64,000 nucleotides of DNA from Collinsella aerofaciens (GCA_036298925.1 JAXJIC010000027.1:18153-82152); one strand, 5' to 3'. Positions 52,726 through 62,612 are shown, numbered from the stretch's first letter. The notes: generated from the letters alone by a model not told the origin. A program made the numbers and translations.

Positions 52726-53445
52726 ATGATTCCCAAATACGAGGCGATAGCTGCAGATATTCGTCGAAGCATCGAGGATGGCACTCTTAAACCGGGCGAC
52801 AAGCTTCCCACCGTCGTTGAGTTCTGCGAGCTCTATAGCGTTTCCAAAATCACCGTCAAACGAGCTATCGAGCAAATCACCGAGGAAGGTCTTATTACCA
52901 GCCGACGCGGATCGGGTACCTACGTTAAGGACACGGCGGGACTTCCCGGTCAGGCGTTTTTCCAGGGCAAAAACGACCGTGCCCAGGGCTTTTCGTATGA
53001 GCACCGCGGGGAGAAGGTGACCTCGGTGGTCTACGATTTCTCGATTGTTAATCCACCAGCGGACATCGCAGCCCAGCTGGGAATTGCCGAGGATGACTTT
53101 GCCTATCACATCGTGCGCGTGCGTCAGGCCGATGAGAAGCCCATCGTTATCGAGTACACCTACATGCCCCTCGAGCTGATTCCAGGCCTTAAAAAGAAGG
53201 ACCTGTACGGATCGGTCTACCACTTCATCCGCGAGCAATGTGGGCTGAAGATTTCGAGCTTCCACCGTACCATTCGCGCCGTGGCAGCAACCGAGGAAGA
53301 AGCCGAGCGCTTGGACACCAAGCCTGGCTCTCCCCTGCTCGAGCTCACCCAGATTGGCTTTTTGGACAGCGGCGCCGCCTTTGAGTATTCGGTCTCGCGC
53401 AACGTTGGCGACCGCTTTGAGTTGCACAACGTAACGTTGGCATAG
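52726..53445 (+). CDS. GntR/HutC-family regulator with a UTRA domain
   Basis: Start at ATG 52726, after GGAGG. HTH LPTVVEFCELYSVSKITVKRAIEQI. Confidence 0.85.
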   Translation: MIPKYEAIAADIRRSIEDGTLKPGDKLPTVVEFCELYSVSKITVKRAIEQITEEGLITSRRGSGTYVKDTAGLPGQAFFQGKNDRAQGFSYEHRGEKVTSVVYDFSIVNPPADIAAQLGIAEDDFAYHIVRVRQADEKPIVIEYTYMPLELIPGLKKKDLYGSVYHFIREQCGLKISSFHRTIRAVAATEEEAERLDTKPGSPLLELTQIGFLDSGAAFEYSVSRNVGDRFELHNVTLA

Positions 53446-53513
53446 GTTTTTGTAGTCATCCGGGCGCTCGCTTTGAGCTGTTTTGTGCAGCGCCCGCGCA
53501 ACACAATGGGGGT

Positions 53514-54452
53514 ATGAACATGTCCGATTTGATTAAGCTGACGCCGATCTTCCACGAGAAGATCTGGGGCGGTCGCCAGCTCGAAACCGTATTTGGCTAC
53601 GACATTCCCGATGGCCCCATCGGTGAGTGCTGGGCCATCTCGGCCCACCCCAACGGCGACTGCCAGATTGCGGAGGGCCCGTATGCCGGCCACACACTGT
53701 CGTGGCTGTGGGCCGAGCATCGCGAGCTCTTTGGCAACTGCGAGGGCAAGGAGTTCCCGCTGCTCATTAAGATTCTGGACGCCAAGGACGACCTTTCGAT
53801 CCAGATTCATCCCAACGACGAGTACGCTGCCGAGCACGAGAACGGTAGCCTGGGCAAAACCGAGTGTTGGTATGTGCTGGACTGCGAGCCCGACGCCACG
53901 ATCATCGTCGGCCAGCGTGCCAAGGACCGCGCCGAGGCCGCACAAATGATCGAGGAAGGACGTTGGGACGACATGCTCAACGTGTTGCCGATTCACAAGG
54001 GCGACTTTTTCCAGATTGATTCCGGTACCGTGCACGCCATCAAGACCGGCACGCTCATTTTGGAGACGCAGCAGTCGAGCGACGTGACGTATCGTCTGTA
54101 CGACTACGACCGTCCCGGCACCGACGGCAACCTGCGCCCGCTGCACATTGAGCAGAGCCTCGACTGCATCGACTTTGATGCCCAGGCTCCGACCGACGGC
54201 ACGGTGACCGCGCCCGAGGTGAACGGCGTGACCGAGCTCGAGTCTAACTCCTGCTACACCGTCGATCGTGTGCGCGTCGACGGCAGCAAAACCCTCGACC
54301 AGCGCTGGCCCTTCATGTGTCTGTCGGTCATCGACGGCGAAGGCACCGTCTGCGGCGACCCCGTCCACAAGGGAAGCCACCTGCTGGCCCCCAGCACCGT
54401 CAGCTCCATCGACCTCGAAGGCAAGTTGGAACTGATTATCAGCCACCTTTAG
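53514..54452 (+). CDS. manA: Class I mannose-6-phosphate isomerase
   Basis: KIWGG, ECWAISAHPNG, QIHPND and GTVHA cupin motifs. Alternative start at 53520. Confidence 0.85.
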   Translation: MNMSDLIKLTPIFHEKIWGGRQLETVFGYDIPDGPIGECWAISAHPNGDCQIAEGPYAGHTLSWLWAEHRELFGNCEGKEFPLLIKILDAKDDLSIQIHPNDEYAAEHENGSLGKTECWYVLDCEPDATIIVGQRAKDRAEAAQMIEEGRWDDMLNVLPIHKGDFFQIDSGTVHAIKTGTLILETQQSSDVTYRLYDYDRPGTDGNLRPLHIEQSLDCIDFDAQAPTDGTVTAPEVNGVTELESNSCYTVDRVRVDGSKTLDQRWPFMCLSVIDGEGTVCGDPVHKGSHLLAPSTVSSIDLEGKLELIISHL

Positions 54453-54476
54453 ATCGCAACAACAACCCAAACGCAA

Positions 54477-54520
54477 CAAGGGGCTCCCCCGTCCACCAAC
54501 GGGGGAGCCCCTTGTTGTAT
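54477..54520 (+). terminator. Terminator after manA
   Basis: 15-bp stem CAAGGGGCTCCCCCG pairs with CGGGGGAGCCCCTTG, followed by TTGT. Confidence 0.75.
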
Positions 54521-54775
54521 CTATCCATCAGCCCACCCGGCTCTCCAGATCAAAAAGCGAACGAGCAAAGCAACGTTCGCAAGCTGCAGGCCAAAACGCC
54601 ACAAGGAAGAGGGCGCGCCGGGGGCTTTGGTCGATCGCGAGTTCCGCACGAGCCGGAGAGCACTTAATGTGCTCTCCGTGCGAGCAGGACTGTCCGAGCA
54701 GGCGATGTTGCCCCATACGCCCGCCTAGCTGGATGTACGGGTTTTCCAGGTGCGGCAGATCGGCCTGAAAGAGGA

Positions 54776-54800
54776 GGGCATAGACCTTGAGGTCATGCCC
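54776..54800 (-). terminator. Probable terminator after pcrA
   Basis: GGGCATGACC pairs with GGTCTATGCCC on the minus strand, followed by a CT-rich run. Confidence 0.4.
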
Positions 54801-54839
54801 GACGATTGAAGGCCGAGGTGCCGTGCCTGGGAAAGCCGC

Positions 54840-57740
54840 CTAGGTCAGTTTCACTATAGGTGCGAAGCCCTTCATAAGCTTTTTGGTCTGGCCGGTCTTT
54901 TCGAATTGAACCTCAATCATGTCTCCAGCGACCGAGATCACGGTACCCGTGCCAAAGGTTTTGTGGCTCACGGTATCGCCCGCGGCAAAGTCCTGCGATG
55001 CGCTGGCGCGATCGACCTTGCGCTCCACCGTCGGGGACACCTTGGACGAGGGCTTTTTGGCTCGCGGCGCGCCCGAGCCAAAGGTCGAGGCAACACGGCC
55101 GGCATCGGGCGAAACCCCACGATGGCGCTCGGTCCCGTAGCTGCTGCCGCCAAAGAAATCGTCAAAGCTCGATCCGCCGCGCGAACCGGAACCGCCGGTC
55201 GAGCGCGTATGCGAGCCAAACACCTTGCCGCCATACATATCCGAGCCCATGCCCGAGCCAAAGGTGCCGTGACGGTCGCCGCGCTTCTCCCAGCCCGTGC
55301 CCTCAAAACCGGCAGAACCGATGCCGCTAAACTCGATATCCTCAAACGGAATCTCGTTGAGGAAGCGCGAACGCGGGTTGGCAGAGGTCGAGCCGTAGGT
55401 GCGACGCGTTGCCGCATAGGTCAAGAACAGGCGCTTACGGGCGCGTGTGATAGCGACGTAGGCCAGGCGACGCTCCTCCTCGAGCTTGCCCGGATCATCG
55501 CTGCCGCCAAAATCGTGCACGTGCGGGAAGATACCCTCCTCCATGCCGGCCACGAACACCGCGGGGAACTCCAGGCCCTTGGCGGAGTGGATGGTCATCA
55601 TGGTGATGGCATGCGTTTCGCCGGCCAGGGAATCCAAGTCGGAGCGCAGGGCCAGCCACTCCATGAGTGCCGGCAGCGCCTTGCAGGTGAGCGGACCGTA
55701 GGTGCGCTCGATCTCGTCGGCATGCACGGCGCCCGCCGGCAACTCCGTCGGCGCGGCATACGCGTTGCCCGCGATGGCGGCGGCCAGGGCATCCTGCGGA
55801 GACAGCGCCGGGGCGGCCAAGCTATCGAGCGGATTGGAACCTGCGGCATCGCGCGCGCCGACGAGTGCCTCAAACGAGGATGCCGGGGCAGACGGCCCCG
55901 GTTCGGGCGCAGGTGCGCTCACCACGACGGGCTCGGACTCGGTGCCGGCAGGCACGTCGGCAACACCAGCCGCGCGCAGCTCTTCCAAGCTCTCGAGCGT
56001 ACCCTCGATATCCTCGTGCGTCTCTTCAAATTCGGCAGCAACGCCCAAGAATTCCTGAATGTTCTCGGCGCGGCTCTCGGACTCCATGGTGCCCTCGGCG
56101 CGGAATGCCTGCAGCAGGCCCGTCTTGTCGACAATCATCTCGACGACGTCCTTGAGCTCGCCGTCCATGCGGCGACCTTCGCGCACCAGCGACACAAAGC
56201 TCGACAGGCCGTTGCGGACCTTGGCGCTAAACATGCCGGTCTCGGCGCACGCGATCTCGCAGGCCTGGAAGAACGAGCAACGGTTGTCGCGCGCCAGCTG
56301 CTCAATCTTTTGGATCGAGGTGGAGCCGATACCGCGGCGCGGCGTATTGATGACGCGCTTGACGCTCATCTCGTCGGCCGGGTTCACGATCATCTTGAGG
56401 TAGGCCATGACGTCGCGGATCTCGGCACGGTCGAAGAATCGCGTGCCGCCCACGATCTTGTAGGGCACGCCCGCGCGCAGGAACATATCTTCAAGAATGC
56501 GCGACTGGGCGTTGGTGCGGTAGAACACGGCGATGTCGTCGTAGCTCGTACCCTTGGCATGCAGCTTTTCGATCTCGCCGGCAATCCAGCGGCCCTCGTC
56601 GCGCTCGTCGCTCGCCTGGAAGGCCTGGATCTTCTCACCATCGCCCTCGGCCGTAAACAGGCGCTTGTCCTTGCGCTGCGAGTTGTGACGCACCACGGCG
56701 TTGGCGGCGCTCAGGATATGGCCCGTAGAGCGATAGTTCTGCTCCAGCTTGACGGTCTTGCAGTCTTTAAAGTCCTTCTCAAAGTCCAGGATATTGGTGA
56801 TGTCGGCGCCACGCCAGCTATAAATGGACTGGTCGTCGTCGCCCACGACCATGAGGTTTTGGTACTTGGCGGCCAGCAGGTTGGCGATCTCGTACTGGAC
56901 GTGGTTGGTGTCCTGATACTCGTCGACGCTAATGTAGCGGAAGCGCTCTTGGTACTTGTCGAGCACCTCGGGGCGGGTGCGCAGCAGCTCGAGCGTGCGC
57001 ACGAGCAGGTCGTCGAAGTCCATCGCGTTGGCGGCACGCAGGCGGCGTTCCAGCTCCAGGTAGACCTGCGCGGCCTTTTTGTCGTTGGGGCTGTCGGCGG
57101 ATTTGAGCATGTCCTCGGGGCCGATCATGGCGTTTTTGGCCGAGCTGATCTTGCTGCGGATCATGTTGATGGGGAACTGCTTTTGTTCAATGCCGAGCGC
57201 CTGCATAATGTCGCGCACCATGCGCTTTGAGTCGTCATCGTCGTAGATGGTGAACTGCCCGGTGTAGCCCAGCAGGTCGGCGTCCTCGCGCAGCATGCGC
57301 ACGCACATGGCGTGGAAGGTGCACACCCACATGCCGCGGGTGCCGCTGGGGATGAGCGCTGCCAGACGCTCGCGCATCTCGGCCGCGGCCTTGTTGGTAA
57401 ACGTGATAGCCAGGACCTGCCAGGGCTTAACGCCCAGGTCGCCGAGCATATGTGCGATGCGGAAGGTCAAGACGCGGGTCTTGCCCGAGCCAGCACCGGC
57501 GAGCACCAGCAGCGGGCCCTCGGTGGTCAGGACCGCCTCGCGCTGAGCGGGATTAAGGCTGTCGATGTCGACGAGCGGCTTGGCGGGTTTGGGCGCCGGA
57601 GCCGGGGCGTCGTAGATGTCGAGCGGAACGAGCTCGGGTTCCGGCGCGGCGGGGACGGTGTACGCATCGAGCGGCACGGGTTCCGGCGCGGGTGGCACGG
57701 GTGCGGCAGTGTTCTTTTCCCAGGGCAGGGGCTGGGTCAT
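54840..57740 (-). CDS. pcrA: ATP-dependent DNA helicase PcrA/UvrD
   Basis: Start at ATG 57740, after GAGGAG. AGAGSGKT, DEYQDTN and VTRAR motifs. A Pro-rich N-terminus, a Gly/Ser-rich linker and a C-terminal Tudor-like domain are present. Confidence 0.9.
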   Translation of the reverse strand: MTQPLPWEKNTAAPVPPAPEPVPLDAYTVPAAPEPELVPLDIYDAPAPAPKPAKPLVDIDSLNPAQREAVLTTEGPLLVLAGAGSGKTRVLTFRIAHMLGDLGVKPWQVLAITFTNKAAAEMRERLAALIPSGTRGMWVCTFHAMCVRMLREDADLLGYTGQFTIYDDDDSKRMVRDIMQALGIEQKQFPINMIRSKISSAKNAMIGPEDMLKSADSPNDKKAAQVYLELERRLRAANAMDFDDLLVRTLELLRTRPEVLDKYQERFRYISVDEYQDTNHVQYEIANLLAAKYQNLMVVGDDDQSIYSWRGADITNILDFEKDFKDCKTVKLEQNYRSTGHILSAANAVVRHNSQRKDKRLFTAEGDGEKIQAFQASDERDEGRWIAGEIEKLHAKGTSYDDIAVFYRTNAQSRILEDMFLRAGVPYKIVGGTRFFDRAEIRDVMAYLKMIVNPADEMSVKRVINTPRRGIGSTSIQKIEQLARDNRCSFFQACEIACAETGMFSAKVRNGLSSFVSLVREGRRMDGELKDVVEMIVDKTGLLQAFRAEGTMESESRAENIQEFLGVAAEFEETHEDIEGTLESLEELRAAGVADVPAGTESEPVVVSAPAPEPGPSAPASSFEALVGARDAAGSNPLDSLAAPALSPQDALAAAIAGNAYAAPTELPAGAVHADEIERTYGPLTCKALPALMEWLALRSDLDSLAGETHAITMMTIHSAKGLEFPAVFVAGMEEGIFPHVHDFGGSDDPGKLEEERRLAYVAITRARKRLFLTYAATRRTYGSTSANPRSRFLNEIPFEDIEFSGIGSAGFEGTGWEKRGDRHGTFGSGMGSDMYGGKVFGSHTRSTGGSGSRGGSSFDDFFGGSSYGTERHRGVSPDAGRVASTFGSGAPRAKKPSSKVSPTVERKVDRASASQDFAAGDTVSHKTFGTGTVISVAGDMIEVQFEKTGQTKKLMKGFAPIVKLT

Positions 57741-57970
57741 GGGCGACTCCTCATCTGACGGACGGCGCGCCTGCGGGCGGCGCCATAGTTTGAGCCGTAC
57801 CAGTATACCGAGCCGCGCGGACACCGACGCAAATCACACCACGACTCCGTGCGCCACCGTCAGGCCCGCCCCAGCGGATTTGGCGCAATGGGGTCAGGTT
57901 AGTCTGCACCAATCTATTGACAATCACGAAACCGCCGATGTCATGGCAGCAGCAGCGAGCGGCGACTAAG

Positions 57971-58951
57971 TTAGAGGCCGAGCATCGGCTCCAGAACGAA
58001 GAAGTATGCGAGCACTACGATGCCCAGGATGATGCGGTAAACACCGAAGCACTTAAAGTCGTGACGGCGGACGAAGCCCATGAGCCACTTGATGGCGATG
58101 AGCGAAACCACAAAGGCCACAACGCAGCCCACGCCCAAGATAGCGACCTCGTTGGCGCCGAACGTGCCGCCCTTGATGAAGTACTTGACCAGCTTGAGCG
58201 CACTCGCGCCAAACATGACAGGGATGGCCAGGAAGAACGTAAACTTGGACGCCACCGAACGCGTGCAGCCCAAAAGCAGGCCGCCGATGATGGTAGAACC
58301 GGAGCGAGACGTACCAGGCACCAGCGAAAGCACCTGGAAGCAGCCGATACCCAGCGCAGTCTTCCAGCTCAGGTCCTCGAGCGTGGCGATGGAGCCAAAG
58401 TCCAGATTCTCGTCATCGTCCTCATCCTCAGCGGTAGCCGCGGCGGGCGCCGCAAAGTGCGCACCGGCGGGACGTCCACCCGACACCACAGCACGCGAGC
58501 CAAACGAACCGGCAACGGCCATTTCCTCTCGCTTGCTCGCGCGCCAGTTCTCGATCACGATAAACAGCACGCCGTACACAATGAGCGCCAGCGCCACGAC
58601 GGGAGCATTGTAGAAATGCTCCTCCATCCAGTCGTTGAGCGGTAGGCCGATCGCCGCCGCAGGGATGCAGCCGAGCACAATCTTGCCCCACAGCACCCAG
58701 GTGTCGCGACGGCCCTCCTTGCCCTTGCTGGGCGAGAACGGATTGAGCTCATGGAAGAACAGCACACAGACGGCCAGAATGGCGCCGAGCTGAATCACGA
58801 CCAGGAACATATTCCAGAACGTCTCGCTCACGTTCATCTTGACGAACTCGTCCACCAAGATCATGTGACCGGTCGACGAAACAGGCAGCCATTCGGTGAT
58901 GCCCTCGACCAGGCCCATGAAGGCAGATTTTAGAAGCTCGATAATATCCAA
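57971..58951 (-). CDS. uppP: Undecaprenyl-diphosphate phosphatase
   Basis: TTG start at 58951, after GAGGGGG. EWLPVSSTGH and PGTSRSG motifs. It contains a 47-residue insertion (58382-58522). The ORF-track 5' extension was rejected. Confidence 0.8.
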   Translation of the reverse strand: MDIIELLKSAFMGLVEGITEWLPVSSTGHMILVDEFVKMNVSETFWNMFLVVIQLGAILAVCVLFFHELNPFSPSKGKEGRRDTWVLWGKIVLGCIPAAAIGLPLNDWMEEHFYNAPVVALALIVYGVLFIVIENWRASKREEMAVAGSFGSRAVVSGGRPAGAHFAAPAAATAEDEDDDENLDFGSIATLEDLSWKTALGIGCFQVLSLVPGTSRSGSTIIGGLLLGCTRSVASKFTFFLAIPVMFGASALKLVKYFIKGGTFGANEVAILGVGCVVAFVVSLIAIKWLMGFVRRHDFKCFGVYRIILGIVVLAYFFVLEPMLGL

Positions 58952-59199
58952 AGGGACCCCCTCGTTAGACACCCGCCGATATTGTTCTGCGGACGGTGCG
59001 GGCGATGTCCCATTATCAACCGTTGGCGGCGCGCCTGCGCCTACCCTTACCAAAAAACTCGCCCGTTCACAGAATTGCGAGCGGTCAAACCCAAATCCTT
59101 GGGTATAACTGCAACAAGATAAAGTGTCCGGCGGCCAACGCGCCCGCGCCCGCCCGATGCACGAGCCCCGCGCCCGTGCGATAGACCAAGGAGGAAACC

Positions 59200-59637
59200 A
59201 TGAACGAGGGCTACACCAAGGTATTTGTTTCACTCGACGGTACTGAGCAGCAGGATTTTGTGCTCGCACGCGCCATCAAGGTCGCCGCGAACAACGGCGC
59301 CAAGCTAATCATCGGCCACGTTATCGATTCCACGGCGCTCGAGAGCGCCGGTTCCTATCCGGTCGACCTGGTCAACGGCCTAGAGGAGGCATTTAAGAAC
59401 TCCATTGCCAAGCAGCTCGAAGAGGCCAAGGCCAATCCCGATATTCCCGAGGTCGAGGTCATGATTCGCGCCGGCCGTATTCGCGAGACGCTCAAGGACG
59501 AGATGCTCGACGTGGTCAAACCCGACCTGGTGCTCTGCGGCGCCCGCGGCCTGTCCTCGATCAAGTATGCGCTCCTGGGTTCGATTTCGACGTTCCTGCT
59601 GCGCAACACGGACTGCGACATCTTGGTCGTGAAGTAG
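59200..59637 (+). CDS. Universal stress protein (UspA family)
   Basis: 145 aa. The C-terminus has the GARGLSSIKYALLGS ATP-binding motif. Confidence 0.85.
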   Translation: MNEGYTKVFVSLDGTEQQDFVLARAIKVAANNGAKLIIGHVIDSTALESAGSYPVDLVNGLEEAFKNSIAKQLEEAKANPDIPEVEVMIRAGRIRETLKDEMLDVVKPDLVLCGARGLSSIKYALLGSISTFLLRNTDCDILVVK

Positions 59638-59650
59638 CGTTGCTCCCACC

Positions 59651-59744
59651 GGCCGCGGGGCCTGCGGGGTTTCCACGGGCACGTCCTCGCCGCGTTGTGG
59701 CTGCGGGATGTGCCCTTAGGAAAACCCCTCCCGGCCCCGCGGCC
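59651..59744. repeat. Long GC-rich imperfect hairpin downstream of usp
   Basis: Three arm pairs: GGCCGCGGGGCC with GGCCCCGCGGCC (12 bp, perfect), GGGGTTTCC with GGAAAACCCC, and GGGCAC with GTGCCC. Confidence 0.6.
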
Positions 59745-59785
59745 TTCGCAGCCTTACTTCAACGAGTTGTCTGATAGAAAAATGG

Positions 59786-59819
59786 CGTGCCGCCCCGTTT
59801 GGGGCGGCACGTTTTGTTT
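59786..59819. terminator. Bidirectional terminator between usp and the kinase gene
   Basis: CGTGCCGCCCC-GTTT-GGGGCGGCACG with T-runs on both strands. Confidence 0.75.
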
Positions 59820-59894
59820 GGGGCAATTCATTTAAATCCTTGCGGCTATATTCACGTTCGGGAACATAGCCGTCCGTGCCGCAAGACGGCCCGC

Positions 59895-60938
59895 CTACTC
59901 AAAGTATTGGAACTTGTTGGTTGAGAAGGCAAACGTGACGACAAAGCCTTTGCCGGAGTCGGATGCTGCGGTGACGTCGATGCCCATCTTGGAGCACAGG
60001 CGCGCCACCAGGTAGAGGCCGATGCCCGTTGCACGCTTGGTGGTGCGGCCGCTGTCGCCGGTAAAGCCCTTCTCGAACACGCGCGGTAGGTCTGCCGCAC
60101 ACACGCCGCAGCCGTTGTCCGCAACGATAAGCTCGATGCGCTCGCTTGCCAGGCCCTCGTCCAGCAACGCGCCCGAAAACACGATCTTCGCGCCGTCCTC
60201 GCACGCATATTTAATGCTGTTCTGAATGAGCTGGCCCAGAATAAACTCGAGCCACTTCTCGTCGGTAAAGACCTCAAAGTCGAGGTTCTCGCACACCGGG
60301 GCCACATGCGCCGCAATGAGCTCGCGCGCGTTGGCTTTAATCGCGCCCGTCACCAAGGTTTTGAGATCCCAGCGGCGAATCAGGTAGTCGCGCTCCACGA
60401 CTTCCGAGCGCGCGTAGTACAGCGCTTGATCGATATAGCGCTCCACGCGGGCAAGTTCGCGTGCCAGGTCGTCCACGCGCGACAGGTCGTCTTCGCTGCT
60501 GTCCAGGTTTTCCAAAATCAGGTGAGCCGCCGCCAGGGGCAGCTTGGCCTCGTGGACCCAGCTCTCGATATAGTCGCGATAGTCATCGGTCTGACGCCGG
60601 CCTTCGGCAACCTCGTCGCATGCCGCCTTGCCCACCCGGCGCAAGACCTCGTACTCGAGCTCGCCCTCGGCATAGGTCGGGCATTGCACCATCTCCTGCA
60701 CCCATGCGGGACTCTCGAGCTCCTCGGCCGCGCGCTCCAACTGACGCAGAAAACGGCGACGGCGAGCGTACTCGACCACGATGCCGAGCATACCGAAGAT
60801 AAAGGACACGCCAACCGCCACGACCACGATAGAAACGGGTGCGCCGGCGACCGTCAGCACAAAGCAGCTCAGCAGCACACCGCACGTCCACACGGCGACG
60901 GGAAGCAGCGCATCTTTAAAGAACTTGCCAAACGACAT
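59895..60938 (-). CDS. Sensor histidine kinase, intramembrane-sensing type (two TM segments with a minimal loop)
   Basis: 347 aa with two adjacent TM helices joined by about 4 residues, the H-box VHEAKLPLAAA, and an HATPase_c C-terminus (DNGCGV..GIGL). Confidence 0.8.
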   Translation of the reverse strand: MSFGKFFKDALLPVAVWTCGVLLSCFVLTVAGAPVSIVVVAVGVSFIFGMLGIVVEYARRRRFLRQLERAAEELESPAWVQEMVQCPTYAEGELEYEVLRRVGKAACDEVAEGRRQTDDYRDYIESWVHEAKLPLAAAHLILENLDSSEDDLSRVDDLARELARVERYIDQALYYARSEVVERDYLIRRWDLKTLVTGAIKANARELIAAHVAPVCENLDFEVFTDEKWLEFILGQLIQNSIKYACEDGAKIVFSGALLDEGLASERIELIVADNGCGVCAADLPRVFEKGFTGDSGRTTKRATGIGLYLVARLCSKMGIDVTAASDSGKGFVVTFAFSTNKFQYFE

Positions 60939-60947
60939 AGCCGGCCC

Positions 60948-61619
60948 CTAGACCGAATAGCCTTGGCCGCGGTGCGTTGTCAAATACCCCTTGATGCCGA
61001 TTTTTTCGAGCGTGGTGCGCAGGCGGTTGATGTTGACGGTAAGCGTATTGTCGTCCACAAAGGCGTCGGAGTCCCACAGGTCCTGCATGATGGCCGAGCG
61101 CGAAACGATCTTGCCCGCGCGGCTCAGAAGCAGCGAGAGGATACGCAGCTCGTTTTTGGTGAGCTCGGTACTGGTGCCGGTTAGCGTGTTGGTGACCATG
61201 GAGCGTGCAAGGTCGAGCTCCAGTCCCTTGTGTACGAGCGCGCTGCGCTCGCCCGCCGCCGCGGTGCGACGCAGCAAGGCATTGATGCGCGCCACGAGCA
61301 CACGGGCGCTATAGGGCTTGGGAACAAAGTCGTCCGCACCGAGCGTCATGGCCATGACCTCGTCGATCTCGGTCGTGCGCGACGTGAGGACGATGATGGG
61401 AACCTCGGATTCGCGGCGAACCTCGTGGCAGATATGCTGGCCGTCCTTGACGGGAAGCGTGAGGTCGAGCAGCACCAGGTCGGGCGCGGCGGCGAGAATA
61501 TCGCGCGAGACATGCTCAAACGATTCGCAGGCCTCAACCTCAAAACCGGCACGGGCAAGGATATCGGCAAGCTCACGACGAATGGGCTCGTCGTCCTCAA
61601 CGACATAGATCAGCGCCAT
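60948..61619 (-). CDS. OmpR-family response regulator
   Basis: Start at ATG 61619, after GAGGGGAG. Receiver domain (VVEDDEPI, LLDLTLP) and a winged-helix output (TLTVNINRLR). Confidence 0.85.
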   Translation of the reverse strand: MALIYVVEDDEPIRRELADILARAGFEVEACESFEHVSRDILAAAPDLVLLDLTLPVKDGQHICHEVRRESEVPIIVLTSRTTEIDEVMAMTLGADDFVPKPYSARVLVARINALLRRTAAAGERSALVHKGLELDLARSMVTNTLTGTSTELTKNELRILSLLLSRAGKIVSRSAIMQDLWDSDAFVDDNTLTVNINRLRTTLEKIGIKGYLTTHRGQGYSV

Positions 61620-61799
61620 GGATTCCACTCCCCTCTTGGTTGTCTTGCCACCATTATGGCTGCGGAGCCGCAGGTATGCGCCTCGCGCGTCACCAAGGTG
61701 ACAGAACTGTTCGCGAGCGGGGGGCGTTTGGCTCGCCTCGCACTCGCAGCGGTGACGGGGACCAAAATGATTATTAAATCCCCGTCCCAGAAAAATCAT

Positions 61800-62531
61800 T
61801 TAGCGGCGGGCACGGAGCTTTTCGTAGCCGTCGGCGAAGAAGGCGACCGTGGCGGCGTCGGCCTCGGCGGCGTCCGTCTCGGTTGCGGGCACCACGCCGT
61901 GTTCGTCGCTCACTAGGAACAGCGCGCCCTTGAGCTGCGCGGGAATGTCTACGCGCGTGACCGGGATGCCCTTGGTCTGGGCCAGCTGTTCGATGAGCGT
62001 CGCCGTGCCGCACAGACACTCGTCCGCCGGCGCCACAAAGGCCAGCTCGCCGTCGTTGACGGCAGCGAGCAGCTCGGGCGCCACGCCGGTCTCGTCGGCT
62101 TCGGAGCGGGCCTCGGCAGAACGGGTACGCAGCGCCTTGGCCGACGTGTCGGCCAGCGGCTCGTACTCCCCCACCGTCATGGCGGCGTTGCCGTTGATGT
62201 CGATCACCAGCATGAGCACACCGTCGTGGGCGGTGTAGTCGCCCTCGGCAAGTGACCACTCAACGTGCTGCTTGGCCCAGCTGAGCATGTTATGGGTAAG
62301 TGGCTCGCCCTGCACCAGACGCTCGGACAGCGCGCGGATGTGACGGTTGAGCATGGGCACCTTTTTGTTGGACATGCGCCAACGGCAGATAAGCGCGGGC
62401 TTGTCGAGCGTAAACTTCTCGACCGCCTCCTGATTGGCGCAAAAGTCCTCGTACGCACGCTGATCCTCGGCATTGCCAAACAGCTCGGCATCATCAATCT
62501 GGGGCATGGTTGTACCTTTCGTGTTAGTCAT
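61800..62531 (-). CDS. Hypothetical protein, weakly reminiscent of the class IV aminotransferase/ADC-lyase fold
   Basis: 243 aa. PMLNRHIRALSE and the C-terminal CGTATLIEQLAQTKGIPVTRVDI..LFLVSDEHGVVP resemble the fold-type IV pattern. No confident catalytic motif. Alternative start at 62507. Confidence 0.3.
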   Translation of the reverse strand: MTNTKGTTMPQIDDAELFGNAEDQRAYEDFCANQEAVEKFTLDKPALICRWRMSNKKVPMLNRHIRALSERLVQGEPLTHNMLSWAKQHVEWSLAEGDYTAHDGVLMLVIDINGNAAMTVGEYEPLADTSAKALRTRSAEARSEADETGVAPELLAAVNDGELAFVAPADECLCGTATLIEQLAQTKGIPVTRVDIPAQLKGALFLVSDEHGVVPATETDAAEADAATVAFFADGYEKLRARR

Positions 62532-62612
62532 TCCGTCCTCTTATACCAAAAAGACGGCCCTCCAAACGGAGCGACCGTCTTTTGCAGAGATTATTTTGTC
62601 CCGGGGCGAAAC

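Noticed and set aside
58952-59269. 5' extension of the uppP ORF (track start 59269)
   Set aside because: It is an Arg/Pro/Cys-rich non-membrane sequence. The conserved UppP N-terminus begins at TTG 58951, which has a strong GAGGGGG RBS.
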